Both the position numbers and the translations under genes were made by a program. The notes under the pieces were generated by a model. It was not told the DNA's origin. It saw only the letters and a list, made by a program, of their open reading frames with translations, and did not search any database. This document shows, one piece after another, positions 1-10,525 of a stretch of DNA of 63,948 nucleotides (within the stretch, counting starts at the first letter, position 1; each line of letters starts with the position of its first letter). Source of the DNA: Candidatus Omnitrophota bacterium (lineage in GTDB: Bacteria > Omnitrophota > Gorgyraeia > Aquiviventales > JACQRC01); NCBI GenBank assembly GCA_016206665.1, contig JACQRC010000105.1, positions 1 to 63,948 on the forward strand, in the 5' to 3' direction.

Positions 1-2
1 AG

Positions 3-797
3 ATCACCGCGACCTCCGGCCCGGCGATCGAGCGCGCCGGGGATCTCATCGGCATCCTGACGAATCTGGAGGCGGGGGACCTGCTCTTCATCGACGAGAT
101 TCACCGCCTGTCCAAAGTCGTCGAGGAATTTCTCTACTCCGCCATGGAGAATTTCCAGATCGATTTTGTGATCGACAAGGGCCCCTACGCGAAGACGATC
201 AAGTTCCAACTGAAACCCTTCACGCTGATTGGCGCCACGACGCGCTCCGGGCTGCTGTCGGCGCCGTTGCGGAGCCGATTCGGCATGCTCTACCATCTGG
301 AGTTCTATCAACCGGAGGATCTGGAGCAGATCGTCGAGCGCTCGGCGAAGATCCTGGGCATCACGCTGGAGGCCGGGGCGGCGCGCGCGATCGCTCAGCG
401 CGCCCGCGGCACGCCGCGCGTCGCCAACCGGTTGTTGCGGCGGGTGCGCGACTACGCGCAGGTCAAGGCCCGCGGACGCTTGACCGCATCCATCGCCGGC
501 GAGGCGCTGACCGCCCAGGGGATCGATGCGGTCGGCCTCGACGGAATCGACCGCAAGGTCCTGCAGGCCATCATCGAGTTTTACAACGGCGGGCCGGTGG
601 GGATCGAATCGCTGGCGGCGGCGCTGAATGAGGAACCGGACACGATCGTGGATGTGGTGGAGCCGTACCTGTTGTCGATCGGCTTCATGAAGCGGACCGC
701 CCGGGGCCGCAAGGCCACGCGGCTCGCCTTCCGCCACCTGGCGGAGGGGTCATCCACCGCGCCCCGGGAGCTCTTCCAGTCCCCCTCGGATGACTGA
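3..797 (+). CDS. ruvB: Holliday junction branch-migration helicase RuvB, 5' end cut by window edge
   Basis: Frame open from base 3; [49 protein letters not shown] are conserved RuvB AAA+ and winged-helix segments. Confidence 0.95.
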   Translation: MTATSGPAIERAGDLIGILTNLEAGDLLFIDEIHRLSKVVEEFLYSAMENFQIDFVIDKGPYAKTIKFQLKPFTLIGATTRSGLLSAPLRSRFGMLYHLEFYQPEDLEQIVERSAKILGITLEAGAARAIAQRARGTPRVANRLLRRVRDYAQVKARGRLTASIAGEALTAQGIDAVGLDGIDRKVLQAIIEFYNGGPVGIESLAAALNEEPDTIVDVVEPYLLSIGFMKRTARGRKATRLAFRHLAEGSSTAPRELFQSPSDD

Positions 798-1011
798 GTT
801 CCACCACGTCGGCCGCTGGCTCATCCTGTGGGGCGCGCTCCTCGTCATCGCGGGTGCGATGCTGCTGGTCCTGCCGAAGCTGCCCTGGCTGGGCCGCCTG
901 CCGGGCGACATCCTGATTCAGCGCGAGCGGACGACCTTCTATGTTCCCCTGGCGACGTCGCTGTTGCTGAGCCTCCTGCTCTCCTTGGGGCTGTGGCTGT
1001 TTCGGCGATGA
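790..1011 (+). CDS. DUF2905-family small membrane protein
   Basis: 73 aa, two hydrophobic helices around [17 protein letters not shown]; 8-nt overlap with ruvB stop. Confidence 0.75.
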   Translation: MTEFHHVGRWLILWGALLVIAGAMLLVLPKLPWLGRLPGDILIQRERTTFYVPLATSLLLSLLLSLGLWLFRR

Positions 1012-2213
1012 GGCGTTCGCATCCGGGGCGGCGGTGGCTGGTGGGTGCGGTGGCGGCGGCCGTGTGTCTGCTGCCGTTGCCTGGCGCGGCCCAGCCAACC
1101 ACCGTGCCGTCGGCACCCCTCATCCGCGTGGCGATCGCCCAAGCGATTGATGAGGCGCAGCTGGCCATCCGCGGCCGGTTCAAGATCGTGACGCTCAACA
1201 CGGCCGAGACGCTGCATGAAGGCCGCTCTCTCAAGCGGACCACCATCATCCCCCTGGTGAGCGGCCTGCAACTGGGGAAGCTGTCCCTGCCCGTCTTCGG
1301 CGTGCGCATCGAGCCGGAGCAGGATGCCTCGATCCTGATCAACGGGCGCCGGTTCCGCGGAGCGGTGGAGATCATCCGCCAGCAGAATCTGACTCTGCTC
1401 ATCATCAACCACATCAACCTCGACGCCTATCTCTATGGCGTACTCTATCACGAAGTCTCGCATCGCTGGCCGGTCGAGGTGTTGAAGGCCCAGGCGATTG
1501 CCGCGCGCACCTACGCCATCTATCAAAATCTGCACAACGCCGGCAAGGATTTCGACGTGACCGCCGACATCTACTCCCAGGTCTACGGCGGCCGCAGCTC
1601 GGAGCAGCGCAAGACCAACCGGGCCGTGGATCAGACGCGCGGCCTCGTCTTGACCTATCGCGGCGAGCTGTTTCCGACCTATTATCACGCCACCTGCGGC
1701 GGGCGGACCGAGTCTGCCAAGGAATTGTGGCAGACCGATTTGCCGCCGCTGTCCGGTGCGGCGTGCCCCTACTGCACGGCCTCGCCGCACTACCGCTGGC
1801 ACGCGGCCATCGAGGCCGACCGGCTCGGACGGCTGCTGGGGCATGGCGGGTATCAGGTGGGCGAGGTGGCGGCGGTTGAGCCGGTCGACTATACGCCGTC
1901 GGGCCGGATCAAAACGCTGCGGGTGCGCGGGAGCGTGTCGACGGCAACACTTTCCGGCAAGGCGTTTCGTGAGCTGGTGGGGGCGAATCTGTTGCGCAGT
2001 CTCACCTTTACCGCCGTTCTGCGGGATGGTACCATGCATTTCTCCGGCCGTGGCTGGGGCCACGGCGTCGGGATGTGCCAGTGGGGGGCCTTCGGCCTGG
2101 CGCGGCGCGGAGCGACCGCCACACAGATACTGTCCTATTACTATCCCGGCGCCGCGGTGATACCGCTCGCATCGGTGACCGGCTGGCTCCCCACGACGAC
2201 GAAGAAACCGTAA
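1008..2213 (+). CDS. SpoIID/LytB-domain protein (secreted)
   Basis: Start taken at [19 protein letters not shown] signal peptide (ATGA overlap with the previous stop); YLYGVLYHEV, AQAIAARTYA, YHATCGGRTE, GWGHGVGMCQWGA motifs. Confidence 0.85.
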   Translation: MRRSHPGRRWLVGAVAAAVCLLPLPGAAQPTTVPSAPLIRVAIAQAIDEAQLAIRGRFKIVTLNTAETLHEGRSLKRTTIIPLVSGLQLGKLSLPVFGVRIEPEQDASILINGRRFRGAVEIIRQQNLTLLIINHINLDAYLYGVLYHEVSHRWPVEVLKAQAIAARTYAIYQNLHNAGKDFDVTADIYSQVYGGRSSEQRKTNRAVDQTRGLVLTYRGELFPTYYHATCGGRTESAKELWQTDLPPLSGAACPYCTASPHYRWHAAIEADRLGRLLGHGGYQVGEVAAVEPVDYTPSGRIKTLRVRGSVSTATLSGKAFRELVGANLLRSLTFTAVLRDGTMHFSGRGWGHGVGMCQWGAFGLARRGATATQILSYYYPGAAVIPLASVTGWLPTTTKKP

Positions 2214-2232
2214 CTCAACAAGGAGTGTCCCG

Positions 2233-2571
2233 ATGCGGCTGTGGTTGCTATGGGCCGAGGTGGTGCCGGATGCGCCGCGCGCGCCCAATCCGCTGGTCAG
2301 CCTCTTTCCGCTCGTCATGATCTTCGGGATTTTCTACGTGCTGATGTTGCGACCGCAGCAGAAGGCGCAGAAGCAGCATGCCGCCATGCTGCAGGCCCTC
2401 AAGAAAAATGATGAGGTCGTCACCAGCGGCGGCGTCCACGGCACCGTCCTCAATGTGAAGGAGGAAACGGTCACCGTGCGGATCGACGACAACGTGAAGA
2501 TGGATGTGGACAAGTCGGCGATCAGCCGGGTCAAGAAGCAGCGCGGGGAGGGTGCAGCGAGCCATGCCTAA
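2233..2571 (+). CDS. yajC: preprotein translocase subunit YajC
   Basis: FYVLMLRPQQKAQKQH...NDEVVTSGGVHGTV is the YajC signature; lies directly upstream of secDF. Confidence 0.9.
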   Translation: MRLWLLWAEVVPDAPRAPNPLVSLFPLVMIFGIFYVLMLRPQQKAQKQHAAMLQALKKNDEVVTSGGVHGTVLNVKEETVTVRIDDNVKMDVDKSAISRVKKQRGEGAASHA

Positions 2572-4741
2572 GAACTTGCGCTGGCGTCTGCCGCTCATCC
2601 TGTTAGTGACCGGTCTGTCGGCGTGGTACGCCTTCCCGCTGGAGAAGCGCATCAGCCGCGGCTTGGACCTGCAGGGCGGGATGCATCTGGTCTTGCGGGT
2701 GGAGACCTCGAAGCTGCCGGCCGAGGCCCGCGCCGACGCGCCGGCCAGGGCGCTGGAGGTGATCCGCAACCGCATCGACGAATTCGGCGTGCGCGAGCCC
2801 GTCATTCAGCGGCAGGGCGTGGACCAGATCATCGTGCAGCTGCCCGGGGTGACGGACCGCGAGCGGGCGCTCGCTCTCATCGGCCGGACCGCCCAGCTGG
2901 AATTCAAGCTGGTGGCGGATGATCCGACGCTGCTGCAGGAGGCGAGGGACGGCCGCGTGCCGGAGGGGCACGAGCTACTGGAGGACGAGCAGGGAGCGCC
3001 GCTCCTCCTCGAAAATGCGGAAGCCCTGACCGGGGAGATCTTGAGCGACGCCCGGGTCGATTTTGGCAGCTTCGGACTGCCCGACGTCGCCTTCACGATG
3101 AACAAGGAGGGCGCGAAGAAGTTCGGGCGGCTCACCGGGGCCAACATCGGCCGGCGGCTCGCCATCGTTCTCGACCACAAGGTTCAGTCCGCCCCGGTGA
3201 TCCAGAGCCGGATCTCCGACGCCGGCCAGATCACGGGGCAGTTCAGCCAGGAGCAAGCCCAGGACCTCGCCCTCGTGCTGCGCGTCGGCGCCTTGCCGGC
3301 GCCGGTCGTCATCGAGGAGGAGCGCACCGTCGGCCCGACCCTGGGACAGGACTCGATCAAGGCGGGCCTGACCGCGGTGGGGGCCGGCTTTCTGCTGGTC
3401 ATTCTTTTCATGGCGGGCTACTACCTGTTCGCGGGCTGCGTGGCCGTCATCGCGCTGCTGCTCAACCTGCTCATGATTCTGGGCGCATTCGGGATGTTTC
3501 ACGGCACCATGACCCTGCCAGGCATCGCCGGCTTCATTCTCTCCCTCGCCATGGCGGTCGACGCCAACGTGCTGATCTACGAGCGGATCCGGGAGGAGCT
3601 GGCGGCGGGCAAGCCGCTGAAGATGGCGGTCGCGGGCGGCTACCAGAAGGCCTTCTCCGCCATTGTCGATTCGAATGTGACCACCCTGATCGCGGCGGGT
3701 CTGCTGTTCCAGTTCGGGACCGGGCCGATCAAGGGCTTCGCCCTGACCCTGACGATCGGTTTGGTGGCCAGCCTGTTCACCGCCATCGTCGTCACGCGGA
3801 CCATCTTCGATCTGCTGATGGGGTCAGGCTGGCTGAAGGCTCTGCCGATGCTGCACCTGTTCCGCGGAACCACCCGGATCGACTTCATCGGCAAGCGCCG
3901 CCTGTTCTATGCGGCCTCGCTCCTGCTGGTGGTGGGAAGCTGTGCCTATTTCCTGCTGCATCAGCATCAGGCGTACGGCCTCGACTTCACCGGCGGCCAG
4001 CTCGTCGAGTTCCGCTTCCAGCAGCCGGTGCCCATCGACCGGCTGCGGGTCTCGCTGCAGGCCGTCGGGATGGGCGATGCCTCCATTCAGGAGTATGGCG
4101 ATCCGCGCGAACTGCTGGTGCGAACCCAGGCCGCCTCCGCTCAGCCGCTGTTGGACCAGGTCGCGAAGGATTTTGCGGGTCAATACGAGGTGCGCCGCAT
4201 CGAGCATGTCGGGCCGGCGGTGGGCCAGCATCTGCGGCGTCAGGCCGGGCTGTCGCTGGGCTGGGCGCTGTTAGGGATTCTGGTCTACGTGGCTTTCCGG
4301 TTCCGGCAGTGGGATTTCGGGCTGGCAGGCGTCATCGCGCTGATGCATGACGTTTTCGTGGCGGTGGGGATCCTAGCCCTGACTCACCGCACGATCGACC
4401 TCACCGTCGTGGCGGCGTTGCTGACGATCGCCGGCTACTCGATCAACGACACGATCGTCATCTACGACCGGGTGCGCGAGAATAGCCGGCTGCTGCGCAA
4501 GAGCTCCATCGCCGAGCTGATCAACCTGAGCACCAACCAGATGCTGGGCCGCACGCTGCTGACCTCGCTCACGGTCATCCTCACCTTGATCGCCTTCTAT
4601 CTGTTAGGCGGCGAGGTGCTGCGCGATTTTTCCTTTGCGTTGCTCGTAGGGTGCCTCTCCGGCGTCTATTCCACCGTCTACATTGCCGGCGCCCTCGTCG
4701 TGACGTGGCGCAGCCTCGGCAAGCGTACTGCGGCCCGATGA
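2564..4741 (+). CDS. secDF: protein translocase SecDF fusion
   Basis: Start at MPKNLRWRLPLILLV; one ORF contains the SecD periplasmic domain and 6 TM, then the SecF TM block (INDTIVIYDRVRE). Confidence 0.92.
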   Translation: MPKNLRWRLPLILLVTGLSAWYAFPLEKRISRGLDLQGGMHLVLRVETSKLPAEARADAPARALEVIRNRIDEFGVREPVIQRQGVDQIIVQLPGVTDRERALALIGRTAQLEFKLVADDPTLLQEARDGRVPEGHELLEDEQGAPLLLENAEALTGEILSDARVDFGSFGLPDVAFTMNKEGAKKFGRLTGANIGRRLAIVLDHKVQSAPVIQSRISDAGQITGQFSQEQAQDLALVLRVGALPAPVVIEEERTVGPTLGQDSIKAGLTAVGAGFLLVILFMAGYYLFAGCVAVIALLLNLLMILGAFGMFHGTMTLPGIAGFILSLAMAVDANVLIYERIREELAAGKPLKMAVAGGYQKAFSAIVDSNVTTLIAAGLLFQFGTGPIKGFALTLTIGLVASLFTAIVVTRTIFDLLMGSGWLKALPMLHLFRGTTRIDFIGKRRLFYAASLLLVVGSCAYFLLHQHQAYGLDFTGGQLVEFRFQQPVPIDRLRVSLQAVGMGDASIQEYGDPRELLVRTQAASAQPLLDQVAKDFAGQYEVRRIEHVGPAVGQHLRRQAGLSLGWALLGILVYVAFRFRQWDFGLAGVIALMHDVFVAVGILALTHRTIDLTVVAALLTIAGYSINDTIVIYDRVRENSRLLRKSSIAELINLSTNQMLGRTLLTSLTVILTLIAFYLLGGEVLRDFSFALLVGCLSGVYSTVYIAGALVVTWRSLGKRTAAR

Positions 4742-6426
4742 CCGCGAAGCGCTGGCATCTGGCCGAGGCCGATCCAGCGCTCCAGCGCACCCTCGCCGAG
4801 GCGCTGGACCTCAGCCTCCCCGCCGCGCAAATCCTGATCAATCGCCGTCTCACCACCGTGGACGCCGCCCGCGCCTTTCTGCGCGGGAGCGCCGATGGAG
4901 CACAAGGGCTTCGCCTGCCGGATCTTGAGGCGGCCGTCGCGCGCCTGCATCAGGCGCGCCGGCGCGGCGAGCAGGTGGTGATCGTCGGCGATTATGACGT
5001 GGACGGCATCACCGGGACCGCGCTGCTGACGGCGGTGCTGCGGGAGCTGGGCTGCCGGGTAACCGCCTATCTGCCGAACCGGCTGCAGGATGGCTACGGC
5101 CTGGGCGCCTCGGCCCTGGCCTTCGCCCGCGCCCAGCGGGCCACCCTCGTGGTGACGGTGGACTGCGGGACGACGGCCATCGAGGCGGTGGCCGCCCTCG
5201 CGGCCGACGGCATCGACACGGTCATCGTGGATCACCACACGCCGCTGGATCGGCTGCCGCCGGCGCGGGCCATCGTTAATCCGGTCCGGCGCGACTCGGC
5301 CTATCCCACGGGCCTGGCCAGCGTCGGTGTGGCCTTCAGGCTGGCGGAGGCGCTGGTGGAGGATCCGGTGTCGCTGCGCCACCATCTCGATCTGGTGGCC
5401 CTCGGGACGGTGGCGGATGTGATGCCCTTGAGCGGCGAGAACCGTCAGCTCGTCAAGCAGGGGCTGGAGGAGCTCTCTGCGAGCCGCAAGCAGGGCCTGC
5501 GCGCCTTGCTGACGATCTCCGGCCTTGAGGGCAAACCACTCTCCACCTTTCACCTGGGCTTCATCCTGTGTCCGCGCATCAATGCCGTTGGACGGTTGGG
5601 TTCCCCGGATGACGTGCTGCGGCTGCTGTTGACGGAATCCGCCGATGAAGCGCAAGCGCTGGCGGTCCGGCTCGAGCAAGCGAACCGCGAGCGTCAGCGC
5701 ATCGAAAGTCGCGTGCTGAGCGAGGCGATGGCGGTCGCGGAACGGACCCTCCACTTCAGGGAGGCCCAGGCGGTCGTGGTGGCAGGGGAAGGATGGCATC
5801 CCGGGGTCTTGGGCATCGTCGCGGCGCGCCTCGTCGAACGATTCTACCGGCCTGCGCTGGTCATCTCCTTCGAGGGCGAGGTGGGGAGGGGCTCGGGCCG
5901 CTCGATTCGCGGCTTTCATCTGGTCGAGGCGCTACGGGAGTGCGAGGCATTACTGGAGAGTTTCGGCGGCCACGCGCAGGCGTGCGGCTTGACGCTGCAG
6001 CGCCGGCAGCTGGAGCCCTTGCGGGAACGGCTGAACCGCGCCGCGGCCGCGCGGTTGCAAGCGGCCGATCTGCAGCCGGTGTTAGAGATCGATGTGGAAC
6101 TGCCGCTGAGCGCCGTCGATGAGCGGCTGGTCGGCCACGTGGCGTCCTTTGAGCCCTTTGGCCCGGGCAATGCCAAGCCGCTGTGCCTGACGCGCGGTCT
6201 GGCGCTGAAGGCCGAGCCGCAGATCGTCGGGCGGCAGCACCTCAAGTGCTGGCTCACCGACGGTCGGCGGACCGCCGAGGCGATTGGCTTTGGGATGGGG
6301 CATTGGCTCGAGGTGGTGCGCCGGGGTCCGCAGCTGGACTGCGTCTACACGCCGACCCACAACGACTGGGATGGGGAGCGGTCGATTCAGCTGGAGCTGA
6401 AGGACGTGCGGTCTAGCGGGCCTTGA
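4738..6426 (+). CDS. recJ: single-stranded-DNA exonuclease RecJ
   Basis: ATGA overlap with secDF; DHH motifs VIVGDYDVDGITG, VTVDCG, VIVDHH and the DHHA1 region. Confidence 0.92.
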   Translation: MTAKRWHLAEADPALQRTLAEALDLSLPAAQILINRRLTTVDAARAFLRGSADGAQGLRLPDLEAAVARLHQARRRGEQVVIVGDYDVDGITGTALLTAVLRELGCRVTAYLPNRLQDGYGLGASALAFARAQRATLVVTVDCGTTAIEAVAALAADGIDTVIVDHHTPLDRLPPARAIVNPVRRDSAYPTGLASVGVAFRLAEALVEDPVSLRHHLDLVALGTVADVMPLSGENRQLVKQGLEELSASRKQGLRALLTISGLEGKPLSTFHLGFILCPRINAVGRLGSPDDVLRLLLTESADEAQALAVRLEQANRERQRIESRVLSEAMAVAERTLHFREAQAVVVAGEGWHPGVLGIVAARLVERFYRPALVISFEGEVGRGSGRSIRGFHLVEALRECEALLESFGGHAQACGLTLQRRQLEPLRERLNRAAAARLQAADLQPVLEIDVELPLSAVDERLVGHVASFEPFGPGNAKPLCLTRGLALKAEPQIVGRQHLKCWLTDGRRTAEAIGFGMGHWLEVVRRGPQLDCVYTPTHNDWDGERSIQLELKDVRSSGP

Positions 6427-6646
6427 CGACGCGGCCCGATTTCAGGCAGGCGACACAGACCAGCGCCCGCCTGGCCATCCCGTTGACGAGCAGTCGGACG
6501 CGTTGCAGATTGGGGAGAAACCGGCGGGGGTTGACGCGGGTCGTGCGTCGGCCGACCCCGCCTTTCTTTTTCAGCATGCCTTTGTGGGAATAGGTGCGGC
6601 CCTTGACGGCGCCCTTGCCGCAGACCGCGCACGCTCGAATCGCCAT
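6413..6646 (-). CDS. rpmB: 50S ribosomal protein L28
   Basis: MAIRACAVCGKGAVKGRTYSHKG...RRFLPNLQRVR. Confidence 0.9.
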   Translation of the reverse strand: MAIRACAVCGKGAVKGRTYSHKGMLKKKGGVGRRTTRVNPRRFLPNLQRVRLLVNGMARRALVCVACLKSGRVVKAR

Positions 6647-6692
6647 GACGGTACCTCCACGTGGCACGCACTATAACACAAGCCTCCAACGC

Positions 6693-8768
6693 ATGCAACC
6701 CCTTTCCCAGCGCTCCGCGCAGTACCTGAAAGGCGTGGGTCCCCGCCGGGTGCGGCTGCTTGAGCGGCTGGGCATCCGCACCGTGACCGATGCGCTCTAC
6801 TACCTGCCGCGGCGCTACGAGGACCGATCCCGCTTTGTGCCGATCCGCGACGTGCGACCCGGCCAGAGTTACACGCTGCGAGGGAGCGTGCGCTCCAGCA
6901 AGAGCTGGCGTTCCCAGCGGGGCCGGTGGGTGTTAGAGGTCGCCCTCGGTGACGAGACCGGGGTCATCCACGCCCTCTGGTTCAACCAGCCCTATCTGCG
7001 CCACCGCTTCGCGGCGGGTGCGGAGCTCATCATCTACGGACGCGTCGAGCGGTTTCGCAAGCTGCAGGTGGTCTCGCCTGAGTACGAGCTCGTCGAATCG
7101 AGCGCCGATGCCTCCATCCACATGGGGCGGATCGTGCCGGTCTATCCGACGACGCACGAGCTGCCCCAGCGGGCGCTGCGAACCATTCTGACCCGGGCCG
7201 TCGATCAGCACGCCGCGGCCCTGCAGGACCCCTACCCGACGGAGGCCAGGCAGCAGTGGCATCTGCCGCCGCTGGCCGATGCCATCCGCCTGCTGCACCG
7301 TCCTGAGGACGTCGCGGCCACACCGGACGCGCGCCGCCGCCTCGTCTTCGATGAACTGCTCCTGCTGCAGCTGCGCCTCGCCCTCAAGCGGCGCGCCACG
7401 CGGCAACTGACGAAACCGGTCCGCTACCAGGTGGAGGGTCCGCTGCTCGCGCGCTTCCGTGAGCGGCTGCCCTTTGCCCTCACCGCGGGCCAGGAGCAGG
7501 CGATTCGGGAGATGATGGCCGACCTCCAGCAGCCGCAACCGATGAATCGCCTTCTCCACGGCGAGGTCGGCAGCGGCAAAACCATCGTCGCCGCGCACGC
7601 GCTGCTGGCCGCGGTTCAAAGCGGCCACCAGGGAGCGATCATGGTGCCCACAGAGATTCTGGCCGAGCAGCATGCGGCCACCCTGCGCTACTGGCTGGCC
7701 CCGCTGGGCGTCACCACGGCGCTGCTCGTCGCCGGCCAGCGCCCGGCCGAGCGGCGCGCGCTGCTCACCGGGATCAAGGCGGGCGCGGTGCAGCTGGTCG
7801 TCGGCACGCAGGCCCTGCTGACCCAGGCCGTCGTCTGGAAGCAGCTCAGCCTCGTCATCATCGATGAGCAGCACAAATTCGGCGTGATGCAGCGGGCGGC
7901 CTTGCGGCGCAAGGGATTCTGTCCGGACGTCCTCGTGATGACGGCGACCCCCATTCCGCGGACGCTGGCCATGACCCTCTACGGCGACCTCGACATCTCG
8001 ACGCTACGCGAGCTCCCCCCGGGCCGTCGCACGCCCGCCACCGTCTGGCTGCCTGACGCCCAGCGGGAGCAGGCCTACGAGCTGGTGCGGCAGGCGGTGG
8101 CGGACGGCCATCAGGCCTACGTCGTCTATCCGGTCATCGAGACCTCCGCGACACGCGCCCTACGGGCCGCCACCCAGATGTACGAGCAACTGCGCGAGGA
8201 GATCTTTCCCGGTCTCACCGTCGGGCTGCTGCACGGCCGGCTGCGACCGGAGGAGAAGGACGAAGTCATGCGGGAGTTCGTCGAGGGGCGGGTGCAGGTG
8301 CTCGTCTCCACCGTCGTCATCGAGGTCGGCATCGACGTGCCGAACGCGACGGTCATGCTCATCGAACACGCCGAGCGGTTCGGCCTGGCCCAGCTGCACC
8401 AGCTGCGCGGCCGGATCGCCCGCAGCCGCGCAGCGTCGCGCTGCATCCTTCTGGCCGACGTCACCACGGAGGAGGCGCAGGAGCGGCTGACCGCCCTCGT
8501 GGAGCTGTCGGATGGGTTTGCGCTGGCCGAGATCGATTTGCGTCTGCGCGGTCCGGGGGAGTTGTTTGGCGTACGCCAGCACGGCGAGCCGCAGCTCAAA
8601 ATCACGAATCTCCTGACGGATGAAGCCATCCTGGTTGAGGCGAAGGCGGCCGCCGAGGCGCTGTTGCGCGAGGACCCGGGGTTGCGCCGTCCAGGATGGA
8701 CGCTGCTGCGATCGGAGCTGGGGCTCAAGTTGGCCGGGCCGCAGGCCGCCCTGGCTTCGGTGGGGTAG
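6693..8768 (+). CDS. recG: ATP-dependent DNA helicase RecG
   Basis: Start at MQPLSQRSAQYLKGVGP; wedge domain, GEVGSGKT Walker A, IIDEQHKFG, TATPIPRTL, QLHQLRGRIAR. Confidence 0.93.
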   Translation: MQPLSQRSAQYLKGVGPRRVRLLERLGIRTVTDALYYLPRRYEDRSRFVPIRDVRPGQSYTLRGSVRSSKSWRSQRGRWVLEVALGDETGVIHALWFNQPYLRHRFAAGAELIIYGRVERFRKLQVVSPEYELVESSADASIHMGRIVPVYPTTHELPQRALRTILTRAVDQHAAALQDPYPTEARQQWHLPPLADAIRLLHRPEDVAATPDARRRLVFDELLLLQLRLALKRRATRQLTKPVRYQVEGPLLARFRERLPFALTAGQEQAIREMMADLQQPQPMNRLLHGEVGSGKTIVAAHALLAAVQSGHQGAIMVPTEILAEQHAATLRYWLAPLGVTTALLVAGQRPAERRALLTGIKAGAVQLVVGTQALLTQAVVWKQLSLVIIDEQHKFGVMQRAALRRKGFCPDVLVMTATPIPRTLAMTLYGDLDISTLRELPPGRRTPATVWLPDAQREQAYELVRQAVADGHQAYVVYPVIETSATRALRAATQMYEQLREEIFPGLTVGLLHGRLRPEEKDEVMREFVEGRVQVLVSTVVIEVGIDVPNATVMLIEHAERFGLAQLHQLRGRIARSRAASRCILLADVTTEEAQERLTALVELSDGFALAEIDLRLRGPGELFGVRQHGEPQLKITNLLTDEAILVEAKAAAEALLREDPGLRRPGWTLLRSELGLKLAGPQAALASVG

Positions 8769-8772
8769 GGCC

Positions 8773-9318
8773 ATGCGCATCGCGACAGGGAAACTGAAGG
8801 GACGCCGGCTGGCGCGCCCTGCCGCCAGCCGGCCGACGAGCGACAAGGTCCGGCAGGCCATCTTCAATATTTTAGGCGCGGTAGTGGAGGGAGCCGAGGC
8901 GCTGGAGCTCTTTGCCGGCAGCGGTGCGGTGGGGCTGGAGGCATGGTCACGCGGGGCGCGGCGGGTGACCTTCGTGGAGGCGGACCACGCCGCCCTGGCG
9001 GCGTTGCGGCGCAACATCGCCACCGGGCCTGGAGAGGCCCAGGCGGAGCTGCTCATCCAGGATGCCTTTGCGGCCGTGCGCCGCCTGCAGCGCGCCGGGC
9101 GCCGCTTTGACCTGATCTTCCTGGATCCGCCGTACCGACGGGGATGGGCAAAAAAGTGCTTGCTCGCCGTCGAGGCGTGTGGTATCCTACGACCTGCCGG
9201 ATGGCTCGTCGCCGAGCACGAGGAGCACGAGGAGATGCCGGAGGCGGCGGGTGCCCTGCAGCGCCGGTCCGTCCACCGGTACGGCCACACCAGGGTGTCG
9301 TGCTACCAGGCGCGGTGA
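8773..9318 (+). CDS. rsmD: 16S rRNA (guanine966-N2)-methyltransferase RsmD
   Basis: MRIATGKLKGRRL..RPTSDKVRQAIFNIL...LFAGSGAVGLEA...IFLDPPY. Confidence 0.88.
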   Translation: MRIATGKLKGRRLARPAASRPTSDKVRQAIFNILGAVVEGAEALELFAGSGAVGLEAWSRGARRVTFVEADHAALAALRRNIATGPGEAQAELLIQDAFAAVRRLQRAGRRFDLIFLDPPYRRGWAKKCLLAVEACGILRPAGWLVAEHEEHEEMPEAAGALQRRSVHRYGHTRVSCYQAR

Positions 9319-9392
9319 GGGCCGGCCGGCCCGCGATGGCAGGCTACACGGAACAACGTGTAGCCTCACTTCGTATTAGGGGTGGACTTCCC

Positions 9393-9896
9393 ATGCCTGC
9401 GCGCCGCATCGCCATCTACCCGGGGACCTTTGACCCGATCACGAACGGCCACATCGACCTCATTCGGCGCGCCCGGGCGATGGTCGATGAGCTGATCGTG
9501 GCGGTGGCCCATAATGCCGAGAAGCGGCCGCTCTTTTCCGTCCGGGAGCGGGTGGCGATGGTGCGGCGGGCGCTGGCCGGCATGGCCCATGTGCGGGTGG
9601 TGGACTTCGGCGGCCTCGCGGTCGCCTTCGCCCGGCGGCAGGGCGCGCGGACGATCCTCCGCGGCGTGCGCATGGTCTCCGATTTCGAATACGAGTTTCA
9701 ACTGGCGCTCACCAATCGCAAGCTGGATCCCGGCGTGGAGACGATCTTCATGATGCCGTCGGAATCATACGCCTATCTCTCCTCCAGGCTGATCAAGGAA
9801 GCCGCGGCGCTGGGGGCCACGGTGTCGGCCTTCGTCCCGCGGTTCGTGGAAACGGCCCTGAAACGGAAACTGCGCTCCAGCCGGTCCAGGGCATGA
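9393..9896 (+). CDS. coaD: phosphopantetheine adenylyltransferase
   Basis: IAIYPGTFDPITNGHIDLIRRA...ILRGVRMVSDFEYE...SSRLIKE. Confidence 0.93.
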   Translation: MPARRIAIYPGTFDPITNGHIDLIRRARAMVDELIVAVAHNAEKRPLFSVRERVAMVRRALAGMAHVRVVDFGGLAVAFARRQGARTILRGVRMVSDFEYEFQLALTNRKLDPGVETIFMMPSESYAYLSSRLIKEAAALGATVSAFVPRFVETALKRKLRSSRSRA

Positions 9897-10330
9897 CCGG
9901 CGGCGCCACCCTGGTCGACGCCATGAAGATTCAGGTCATGAAGGTTCCTGAGGAAGGCCTCTCGCTCGACACCAGCTACGACCCGCAGCAGCTGAATGTC
10001 GACCGGCAGGACGCCCACCTGACCAGCCCGGTCCGGCTGGCCACGCGGGTCACCCGGGAGGGCGAGGATCTCTTCGTGCAGGGCTCGTTGCGCTGCGTCC
10101 TGACGATGATCTGCGGCCGCTGCCTGGAGTCCTTCGACGCCACGGTGGACAAGGAGCTGCTGCTGCACTACGACGTGACCGGCAAGTATGTCGTCGACAT
10201 CACCGACGACGTCCGTCAGGAGCTCGTGCTGGAGTACCCGATGATTGCGCTGTGCCGTTCCGACTGCCTGGGCTTGTGTCCGCGGTGCGGCGTGAACCGC
10301 AACCACACCACCTGTTCCTGCAACGCATAG
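9893..10330 (+). CDS. yceD: YceD/DUF177 family protein
   Basis: ATGA overlap with coaD; CGRCLESF...CRSDCLGLCPRCGVN motif; directly upstream of rpmF as usual. Confidence 0.85.
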   Translation: MTGGATLVDAMKIQVMKVPEEGLSLDTSYDPQQLNVDRQDAHLTSPVRLATRVTREGEDLFVQGSLRCVLTMICGRCLESFDATVDKELLLHYDVTGKYVVDITDDVRQELVLEYPMIALCRSDCLGLCPRCGVNRNHTTCSCNA

Positions 10331-10339
10331 GAGCCATCC

Positions 10340-10525
10340 ATGGCCTTACCCAAACGACGACATTCCAAGACCCGGCGCGATAAGAGCCGGACTCATCACG
10401 GGCTCATCCCCCCGCAGCTCGCCCCCTGCAAGCAGTGCGGGGCGCTGCGCCTGCCGCACCGCGTCTGCCCGCAATGCGGGACGTACCGCGGACGCCAAGT
10501 CATCAAGATGGGGTCGGCCGAATAG
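10340..10525 (+). CDS. rpmF: 50S ribosomal protein L32
   Basis: MALPKRRHSKTRRDKSRTHH...CKQCGALRLPHRVCPQCGTYRG. Confidence 0.93.
   Translation: MALPKRRHSKTRRDKSRTHHGLIPPQLAPCKQCGALRLPHRVCPQCGTYRGRQVIKMGSAE

Noticed and set aside
939-2318. 459-aa ORF on the minus strand
   Set aside because: It lies antisense to the well-supported SpoIID-domain gene. The translation is Arg/Ala/Gly/Pro-rich with no motifs, the typical shadow ORF of high-GC DNA.
4678-5919. 413-aa minus-strand ORF, plus similar ones at 6933-7874 and 8160-9290
   Set aside because: They are antisense to recJ, recG and rsmD, have low-complexity RGPA-rich translations and no start context. These are shadow ORFs.
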